From a virus, in the IMG/VR virus record IMGVR_UViG_3300013737_000003: DNA of 64,000 bases. One strand, given 5' to 3'. Within the stretch, counting starts at the first letter, position 1. Each line of letters starts with the position of its first letter. Below the pieces are notes generated by a model. It had not been told where the DNA came from, made no database searches, and saw only the letters and a list, made by a program, of their open reading frames with translations. This document shows, one piece after another, positions 58,093-64,000 of this stretch. The position numbers and the translations under genes were made by a program.

Positions 58093-58333
58093 TGTCACTC
58101 CTCTGGGTGTTTGGGTAAGGAGGGTTCTCGAACGTCACCTCGTCATTGAGATAGACACGGATACGAGGACCACCATCATCTTCCGGTAAGTTCAAAGTAT
58201 CCACGTTTACAACCACTGTATGGTCGACAGGGCTTTTGCTTACCAGAATTTCGAGGTTTTGTTCGTCGCTCATTTCAATAGTGATGCTTACGAAACCATC
58301 TAGGTCATCAGGCAAAACCAATACTTGTCCCAC
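58079..58333 (-). CDS. Acidic hypothetical protein
   Basis: GAGGAG upstream. Confidence 0.6.
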   Translation of the reverse strand: MGQVLVLPDDLDGFVSITIEMSDEQNLEILVSKSPVDHTVVVNVDTLNLPEDDGGPRIRVYLNDEVTFENPPYPNTQRSDNADP

Positions 58334-58366
58334 GTAGTTACTCCTCTGTGTTACGGATAAGCCAAC

Positions 58367-58393
58367 GCTGCTCAGCCGGTGAGACTGAGCAGC
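58367..58393. other. Intergenic 9-bp hairpin GCTGCTCAG-N9-CTGAGCAGC
   Basis: Directly visible between genes. Confidence 0.7.
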
Positions 58394-58402
58394 CTTGGGT
58401 CA

Positions 58403-59179
58403 TCAGTAGTTCTGAACAAGATTGCTGAGGTGATCGATGTCGCTGGCGGACAGGAGTGATTTCAGCTTCTTGCCGATCTCGTCACACGCTCGATAGACCG
58501 CTTCGGCCTTGCGGCTGTCCGTGTCATACCCGAACTCAGCAGCCCAATCCTCGAAGGTTGTTTCTGCGGCACGAGCATCCATCAGCAAACAGGACAAAGC
58601 ATCGGCAGCGGACACGCCTTCGCCATACCCTTGACGAGACAGGAATTGGCGGGCGGCTTTCACTCCTTTCTCTTTGGCGATCGCTTCTGCAGTATTGACG
58701 CCGCTACGGTGGGATCGCGTGGCCAGTTCAGAGAAGTCGCTCACGTAGAGGAAGTCGTGCGTGAAATGGAACCCGGTGAGTTTCATCAGGTCACGACCGC
58801 CTTGCCGGGATCGATTGATCCACGCCAGCAACTTGTCAAAAGCCACCCCGTTCTTCCGAACGTTCTCAGCAGTGCCGTACATCCCCTGCGAGTAACACGT
58901 CCTCGGTGCGTAGGCAATGCCCTGCCCGTAAGACGTCTCGAACAGCACGCGGTCCTTGCGGGAGAACCGCAGGGTGAACTGGATCGGCATCCCCTCCTCT
59001 TCGGTGTCGTACGGTCGCTTCAGATTGTAAACGAGCGCTCGGTACAGTTGCTCGCCGTCCAGACCACTGGGGTTCTGCACATACGAGAACTCGATACCCT
59101 TCTCAGTCAGAAACTTGTCAACAGCAATCTCGATGTCAAGGCTGTCTGTCAGCTCGACGGGTTTTGTTTGTTTGGTCAT
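58403..59179 (-). CDS. Hypothetical protein
   Basis: C-terminal LSCLLMDA...TFEDWAAEFGYDTDSRKA motif common in phage early proteins. Confidence 0.7.
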   Translation of the reverse strand: MTKQTKPVELTDSLDIEIAVDKFLTEKGIEFSYVQNPSGLDGEQLYRALVYNLKRPYDTEEEGMPIQFTLRFSRKDRVLFETSYGQGIAYAPRTCYSQGMYGTAENVRKNGVAFDKLLAWINRSRQGGRDLMKLTGFHFTHDFLYVSDFSELATRSHRSGVNTAEAIAKEKGVKAARQFLSRQGYGEGVSAADALSCLLMDARAAETTFEDWAAEFGYDTDSRKAEAVYRACDEIGKKLKSLLSASDIDHLSNLVQNY

Positions 59180-59203
59180 GGACGTCACTCCTCAGGGTTT
59201 GTT

Positions 59204-59269
59204 GAAAGAACTCATTTGACGAGCCGGTCGACCCGACCCGTCTATCAATCCTCGCAAGCGACCTGCTTA
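59204..59269 (-). repeat. Conserved intergenic hairpin element, copy 2
   Basis: AAGCAGGTCGCTTGCGAGGATTGATAGACGGGTCGG-GTCGA-CCGGCTCGTCAAATGAGTTCTTTC. Confidence 0.9.
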
Positions 59270-59671
59270 TTACTCCTCTTCTGCATAGATAGGGGCTTCG
59301 TACTTGATTGACTTGAGACCCTGAAGAAGAATGCCCTTCTCCTGAATCGCTTTACACATCGCGAGGTACAGATCATTGGCGTCGACCGTCGCTCGAATGG
59401 TGTGACCATGCTCATTCGTGCCGACGACCTGCCAACTGTGTCCCACGATGAACAGCTTTCTCGGTGGCCAGTATCGGCGAGGCTGCACGACCTCGACGAT
59501 CTGCCATCCCGGCAGCTCCAGAACGTATTTCTCCTTCTTGGCTCGCATGTCGGCATCGTTGACCGCATAGTCGAGGTGAGTATGCCGACCGTTGTTGACG
59601 TTGGGGTGTCGCTTGAACAACTGGTACTTCTGGCCGGGGATCGGCCTGAGTTCTTTCTTTGGTGATGCCAT
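59270..59671 (-). CDS. Hypothetical protein
   Basis: GAGGAGTGAC-ATG start. Confidence 0.65.
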   Translation of the reverse strand: MASPKKELRPIPGQKYQLFKRHPNVNNGRHTHLDYAVNDADMRAKKEKYVLELPGWQIVEVVQPRRYWPPRKLFIVGHSWQVVGTNEHGHTIRATVDANDLYLAMCKAIQEKGILLQGLKSIKYEAPIYAEEE

Positions 59672-59689
59672 GTCACTCCTCCGGAAAAA

Positions 59690-59758
59690 CCAGTGAAACC
59701 AGACAGATACTATGCGAGGAGTGACAGACTCGCACAGCCACCTGTCTGGCTTCACTGG
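59690..59758 (-). promoter_or_regulatory. Long intergenic hairpin whose loop is complementary to the downstream RBS
   Basis: CCAGTGAA-CCAGACAG / CTGTCTGG-TTCACTGG outer stem; 59716-59726 is the exact complement of 59671-59681. Confidence 0.7.
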
Positions 59759-59806
59759 TGTTTCAGAAAGGGAGCAGACCCCCGCTGCTCATATCGGGTC
59801 GGCGTG

Positions 59807-60472
59807 TCAGCCGTAGAAGTAAACCTCTTTGACTCGCTTGCCGTCCTCATCTTCTTCCCACAAGACTTCCATATCCACGGTGCTGAAGGATTTGGAAATC
59901 TTGGTCAACTCATCGCCATGCTCCCAGTCACCATCCCAGAAACCAGCTCCCTGCCCCTGGCGAGTGAAGCAGAAGTCAGTCCCAGCTTCCTCCAGTCTCG
60001 CTTCGACCTCCTCAATCACTGCCTGTGGCTGCTGATCGAGCAGGTAGAAGAACCCTTCGATGTCCGACCAAATATGGAGCAGGTCGACGTCGGCAATAAC
60101 GTCTTCAATTTCTGCCCACACATCCCAGTTCTCATCGAAATCGCCAGAACACTCGAAGGCTGGTTCGTCGTAATCGCGTTCGAGGGTTCGGGCGATTTCC
60201 ACGATCGAATGGCCTGTGAACCCAAGGGCTTGAATATACCCTCGGAAGAACTTAGCGTTCGTACTACTCTTCATCTTGTCGATGTGGACACTACGCCCAG
60301 TGTGGCATGTCACCGACTCGATGGTACTCACAGGGCATCGCATCGTATCGACTGCCGTGTGTATGGCTCCTGAGACGTCAGAGGACCACACTTCGGTCGT
60401 GGTGCGTTGCTGGGTGACCCAGTCGAGGGACACCACACGCCAACGAAACATATCAGGTCTGTTCACTGTCAT
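59807..60472 (-). CDS. Acidic hypothetical protein
   Basis: GGAGAGTGACAG-ATG; DFCFTRQGQGAGFWDGDW motif. Confidence 0.7.
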   Translation of the reverse strand: MTVNRPDMFRWRVVSLDWVTQQRTTTEVWSSDVSGAIHTAVDTMRCPVSTIESVTCHTGRSVHIDKMKSSTNAKFFRGYIQALGFTGHSIVEIARTLERDYDEPAFECSGDFDENWDVWAEIEDVIADVDLLHIWSDIEGFFYLLDQQPQAVIEEVEARLEEAGTDFCFTRQGQGAGFWDGDWEHGDELTKISKSFSTVDMEVLWEEDEDGKRVKEVYFYG

Positions 60473-60475
60473 CTG

Positions 60476-60697
60476 TCACTCTCCTGTCATTTGATAGAAA
60501 ACAACCTTGGCTTGATCCTCGGGCAGTCCTCGCTTCCTGAGTTCATTCATCAAATCAGGGTTTCGATTTGATAAACTGAACATCCAACAACTCTCGCCGT
60601 CTCGCAGTTCGAACACATCAAATCGGTGGACCATTGGCTTTCTGGAAAATTCCGAGATCGCCTTGCGAGCGTAGTATGTGGGCTGTGTGTTGAGCAT
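60476..60697 (-). CDS. Hypothetical protein
   Basis: GAGGAGTGAC-ATG. Confidence 0.65.
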   Translation of the reverse strand: MLNTQPTYYARKAISEFSRKPMVHRFDVFELRDGESCWMFSLSNRNPDLMNELRKRGLPEDQAKVVFYQMTGE

Positions 60698-60698
60698 G

Positions 60699-61040
60699 TC
60701 ACTCCTCTTTCTCGAAGAACATCATGTCGATCACTACGCTGCAGATAGGGAACGCTTTCTTCCGATGACTCAGTTTGGACACGTAACCGCGTTCCGGGTC
60801 GTTGCTGGTCACCACCTCGAAACGGCGAGTTGCAAGAGCCGCATCGACATAGGGTCTGAACGGTTCACCTACTTCACTCAGCAGGGTGACTGCCGCCGAC
60901 CAATCAACATCCCAGTTCTCCACATCACCGACCATAAAGTCAGTCAGTGACTCGTAGTATGCGTAATACTCAGCATACTGGAACTTGGCAACTCCTTGTT
61001 CGTCTGTTGTGATTCGGACTCGAATGCACTTCATGTTCAT
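60699..61040 (-). CDS. Hypothetical protein
   Basis: GGAGAGTGAC-ATG. Confidence 0.65.
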   Translation of the reverse strand: MNMKCIRVRITTDEQGVAKFQYAEYYAYYESLTDFMVGDVENWDVDWSAAVTLLSEVGEPFRPYVDAALATRRFEVVTSNDPERGYVSKLSHRKKAFPICSVVIDMMFFEKEE

Positions 61041-61051
61041 GTCACTCTCCA

Positions 61052-61117
61052 GAAAGAAATCATTTGACGAGTCGGTTGACCCGGCTCGTCTATCATTTCT
61101 TGCCAGCGACCTGCTTA
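61052..61117 (-). repeat. Conserved intergenic hairpin element, copy 3
   Basis: Same flanks; stem GACGAGCCGG/CCGACTCGTC. Confidence 0.9.
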
Positions 61118-61771
61118 TTACTTCTCGCGATCCATAAACTCAGGGAACGGAATCTCTTTCTCAGTGAAGAAGAAAACCTGCCCTTCGTTGTGATCGACCA
61201 GTTCGAAGTCCCATTTCAGGTCACCACGTTTGATGCCGTAGTGCTTTGTGAGCCGTTCAAGCATCTTGCCGACTTTGGCAGGCAGAGCATTACCAGCAGG
61301 AACCCAGGCACCGTAGTACATCCACTTCAGCTTGATGTACATGGTGAATCGCTGATGGCCAGTGCCGTCGCATGAATTACAGGTGAAACTATGCTCGTCA
61401 CGCTGTCTGTCCGCCCATGCAGACCCCGGCTTGGTCAGCGCGGCTTTACACTCTTCGACTGACTCCTGTCGGATCGCAGCGACATCAGCATATGTCCGAT
61501 AGCCGACACCCTTGCACTGAGCACACAGCGGTTGCCAGTCTGGTGGCGGAACCACAGGAGTCCGATCAAACACACCGATCTCACTCAGTTCGATCGGCGT
61601 TGACTCAGGATACGCCCAATGAGGCGGTTTTGAATCGCCCGGTGTGAGCTGATCTGGCCGACCGGCTCCGATGTCGTGTGATTTCCACACTTTGACACCG
61701 CGACCATCCTTGACCCACGACAGGACTTTGTGTGCCTCACTGAGAGGCACGTGGAACTTGAACTCAGGCAT
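61118..61771 (-). CDS. Hypothetical protein with a DnaJ-type CxxCxGxG zinc finger
   Basis: CAQCKGVG and CNSCDGTG motifs. Confidence 0.7.
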   Translation of the reverse strand: MPEFKFHVPLSEAHKVLSWVKDGRGVKVWKSHDIGAGRPDQLTPGDSKPPHWAYPESTPIELSEIGVFDRTPVVPPPDWQPLCAQCKGVGYRTYADVAAIRQESVEECKAALTKPGSAWADRQRDEHSFTCNSCDGTGHQRFTMYIKLKWMYYGAWVPAGNALPAKVGKMLERLTKHYGIKRGDLKWDFELVDHNEGQVFFFTEKEIPFPEFMDREK

Positions 61772-61795
61772 TGGTTGTCACTCCAACAGGGTTTC

Positions 61796-61860
61796 GAAAG
61801 AACTCATTCGACGAGTCGGTTGACCCGGCTCGTCTATCAGTTCTCGCAAGCGACCTGCTT
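61796..61860 (-). repeat. Conserved intergenic hairpin element, copy 4
   Basis: Near-identical to copy 3. Confidence 0.9.
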
Positions 61861-61861
61861 G

Positions 61862-62506
61862 TTATCCCTTCGCTACCTTTCTTGTAACAACTTCGAACTC
61901 CTGCAACTCTTCTCGCTCATTATCCTCTTCAGTGGGAGGATAAAGTTGGTACAGGAATTCCCAAGCATCTTCGAACGTCTTGAATTCTTTGTCCGGCCAG
62001 GGCTTGTTACCAGCCCAGTCCTCAATGACATACACGTCGATAGTGTCGCCACCGTCAACCGTGTGCCCGCATGACTCGCAGATCGTGTCGTGCCAGTCTA
62101 CATCCTCAATGCGAGGGGTGAAATGACCACAGTAACCACACCGATGAGTATTTGTGTCCTCCTGATAGTCCAGTTCGGCCTCCTCCTGCCAGTCGCCCCA
62201 GCAACCGATGTGGAACTGCTCGGACTGGCCATCCCAGATGATTGTTGCGGCGTACGTGTCTCCCCCATTGAGATACATGCATGATCGATGATCGCGACTC
62301 ATGAAATCATTGTCGGGGATACTGTTGCCCTCAACACCGAATGTTCCGTTTTCGCCACGCTTGCGAAGGTACTCTTCGGCTTTCAGCAACGCATCACTGG
62401 CATGATGAGACGGGTGGAATGACCCGTAGACATCCTCACGCTTCAGGCGACGAAACTCCCGCCGCGCCACCTTGAGAGCCCGTTCCCAGATTTCTTCGCT
62501 GTTCAT
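61862..62506 (-). CDS. Hypothetical protein with a Zn ribbon
   Basis: CGYCG...CESCG motifs. Confidence 0.65.
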   Translation of the reverse strand: MNSEEIWERALKVARREFRRLKREDVYGSFHPSHHASDALLKAEEYLRKRGENGTFGVEGNSIPDNDFMSRDHRSCMYLNGGDTYAATIIWDGQSEQFHIGCWGDWQEEAELDYQEDTNTHRCGYCGHFTPRIEDVDWHDTICESCGHTVDGGDTIDVYVIEDWAGNKPWPDKEFKTFEDAWEFLYQLYPPTEEDNEREELQEFEVVTRKVAKG

Positions 62507-62774
62507 GATGTTTCTCCAGCATAAAAATAGTTTTCGCTCGTGCCTCTGTCTGATTCCAGATCGCACAGTTCTTCTTGATCCGTTTGGTGCGGCAAGAAAA
62601 ACGATGACTGACCTCCATGCTTGTCATCTTGCCTTCAGCATCCAGCCACGCTGAAGTCGTCCAGTTGTCTGTGGTGTAGCAATCGATTTTGTGGATGACA
62701 CATCCACCGTTCGGGAACCAGTGAAATTGGTAATGCTCCCGATTGCATGCTGCTCTGTTGATGGGCCTTTTCAT
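62436..62774 (-). CDS. Hypothetical protein
   Basis: AAGGAGTGACAA-ATG. Confidence 0.6.
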   Translation of the reverse strand: MKRPINRAACNREHYQFHWFPNGGCVIHKIDCYTTDNWTTSAWLDAEGKMTSMEVSHRFSCRTKRIKKNCAIWNQTEARAKTIFMLEKHHEQRRNLGTGSQGGAAGVSSPEA

Positions 62775-62786
62775 TTGTCACTCCTT

Positions 62787-62852
62787 GAAAGAACTCACTG
62801 GATGTGCCGGTGTGACCCGGCACATCTGTCAATCCTTGCAAGCGACCTGCTT
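62787..62852 (-). repeat. Conserved intergenic hairpin element, copy 5
   Basis: Same flanks; covaried stem GATGTGCCGG/CCGGCACATC. Confidence 0.9.
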
Positions 62853-63493
62853 TAGATTTGATAGTCTACTACTTTTGCGAGATGAGCAGCGATGGCTTTC
62901 GCCGTTCTAATAGCTTCCTGCTTGCAATACTCATCACCATAGAAGCCCCAGCAACTACCCAGCTCGTTGCCGTCTTTGTCTTCGATCACATAGCCCCACA
63001 CATCATGCGTGAGCCATTTATCATACACCTCGACTTCAGCGACCAACATCTTCTCGCACTGTTGGTACAGCGTGAGCCCTGTCGGTTCGTAGATGTCAGT
63101 CCAGTTCTCCAACCCATACTCTTTGCGGGCTTTCTCCAAAGAGACGCAGATGAACCCGACAGGGCCGGAATCCCATCTGCACCCGAATGAACCGGTGCTC
63201 ATCGAGAGACCACTGTGATCCATGAGGTACAACCGCATCTCACAGTAGTGCTTTTCTTTCCACTGCATGATGTTCTGGGCTGAGATGCTCTCCAGAACGT
63301 TTGGGTGCATCTCCTGCATCTTGTGCCACCACCATTCAACCGCTGTCTCCTTTGGTTGTTCATCACCAAGAGTGTACCTGCGATGCCAGCACACCATCGT
63401 CCCGAGGCTGTCACAATACTTGCGAGGATTGCAAGGGTCCGGATCAGGCTCAATCCGCACTGTCAGACCATCAACTTCGAACTCGTCGCTCAT
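62852..63493 (-). CDS. Hypothetical phage protein
   Basis: LYLMDHSGLSMST...WDSGPVGFI...SCWGFYG motifs seen in phage early genes. Confidence 0.7.
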   Translation of the reverse strand: MSDEFEVDGLTVRIEPDPDPCNPRKYCDSLGTMVCWHRRYTLGDEQPKETAVEWWWHKMQEMHPNVLESISAQNIMQWKEKHYCEMRLYLMDHSGLSMSTGSFGCRWDSGPVGFICVSLEKARKEYGLENWTDIYEPTGLTLYQQCEKMLVAEVEVYDKWLTHDVWGYVIEDKDGNELGSCWGFYGDEYCKQEAIRTAKAIAAHLAKVVDYQI

Positions 63494-63505
63494 TCTGTCA
63501 CTCCT

Positions 63506-63580
63506 GAAAAGACCTGTGTGAGATCAACGCAGCACACCGTTGCCAGTGTGCTGACTTGATACCACGCAGCGACCTGCTTA
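63506..63580 (-). repeat. Conserved intergenic hairpin element, copy 6 (divergent stem)
   Basis: TAAGCAGGTCGC leader and TCTTTTC tail with a different stem (CAGCACAC/GTGTGCTG). Confidence 0.75.
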
Positions 63581-63970
63581 TTACTTCACAACTCGGTACA
63601 CCTTGCGACGGTATCGAGCGGAAACCTCCCGCTTGGTCAGTGTCAGTGGGTAGTGGTCGAACTCACGCCATCCGTAATATGCGGCGACAGCTCGGTACGC
63701 TTCATACCGTTTGAGAGCATCATCACTGCAGAAGCACTCGATGATCTCTTTCACTTTCCAGTCAACGCACAAACAAATTTGATTCAGTTCGTTGGCATAC
63801 CACACTTGGTGATCAGGGTGGAACCGATTGGCGCTGAGAATGCCCTTGATGTACGTATGAGGCCCCAGCACAACGCGGTAGACGGTGTACGGCTCTTTCG
63901 AGTCGTCACTGTCAGGGCACTCCAGAATCTCGACCTCAGGAGGATAGACGCCCGTCTCATCGACGAACAC
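63581..63970 (-). CDS. Hypothetical protein (start uncertain, may lie near or beyond the window edge)
   Basis: ORF whose stop abuts element copy 6. Confidence 0.6.
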   Translation of the reverse strand: MFVDETGVYPPEVEILECPDSDDSKEPYTVYRVVLGPHTYIKGILSANRFHPDHQVWYANELNQICLCVDWKVKEIIECFCSDDALKRYEAYRAVAAYYGWREFDHYPLTLTKREVSARYRRKVYRVVK

Positions 63971-64000
63971 CCATGCACCACCATACTCTGTCGGGCTCGC

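Larger units (their letters stand above)
1..64000. mobile_element. Tailed phage / prophage genome segment
   Basis: Terminase, portal, capsid, tail, PolA, helicase and primase genes in phage-like modules; dense same-strand overlapping ORFs; no host housekeeping genes recognised. Confidence 0.95.

Noticed and set aside
1-64000. tRNA/rRNA genes and att sites
   Set aside because: No cloverleaf or rRNA-like sequence was recognised by eye. Prophage boundaries are not in the window, so att sites cannot be assigned.

Overview
The whole 64 kb window looks like one tailed (Caudoviricetes) phage or prophage genome segment, with no host housekeeping genes, rRNA or tRNA seen. A Planctomycetota host is a weak inference from the DUF1580-type HTH and the Cys-rich virion proteins. 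Layout: (1) accessory and anti-defence genes, including a Tad1-like sponge and a cytosine-MTase-like gene (1-7.8 kb); (2) a putative origin, a primase-polymerase and a recombinase with two serine-recombinase domains (7.8-12.5 kb); (3) head, packaging, tail and internal virion genes (12.6-38.4 kb); (4) membrane, papain-protease and thioredoxin genes plus fibre-like genes (38.4-46.2 kb); (5) a replication module with DUF2800 exonuclease, DUF2815 SSB, PolA, VRR-NUC and SNF2 helicase (46.3-53.1 kb); (6) leftward small early-type genes separated by repeated structured elements (55.6-64 kb). The standout is 53.1-55.6 kb. A nuclease-less Nop/IS110-like protein is followed on the minus strand by a cryptic array of about 36 units with a ~36-nt period. 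Each unit has two short degenerate repeats alternating with two ~9-nt variable spacers. This matches TIGR-Tas RNA-guided architecture but with a different repeat grammar. Also notable: a six-copy covarying intergenic hairpin element, a 15-bp palindromic operator at five intergenic sites, and a hairpin whose loop is complementary to a downstream RBS. All family calls come from motif recognition by eye; no searches were run.
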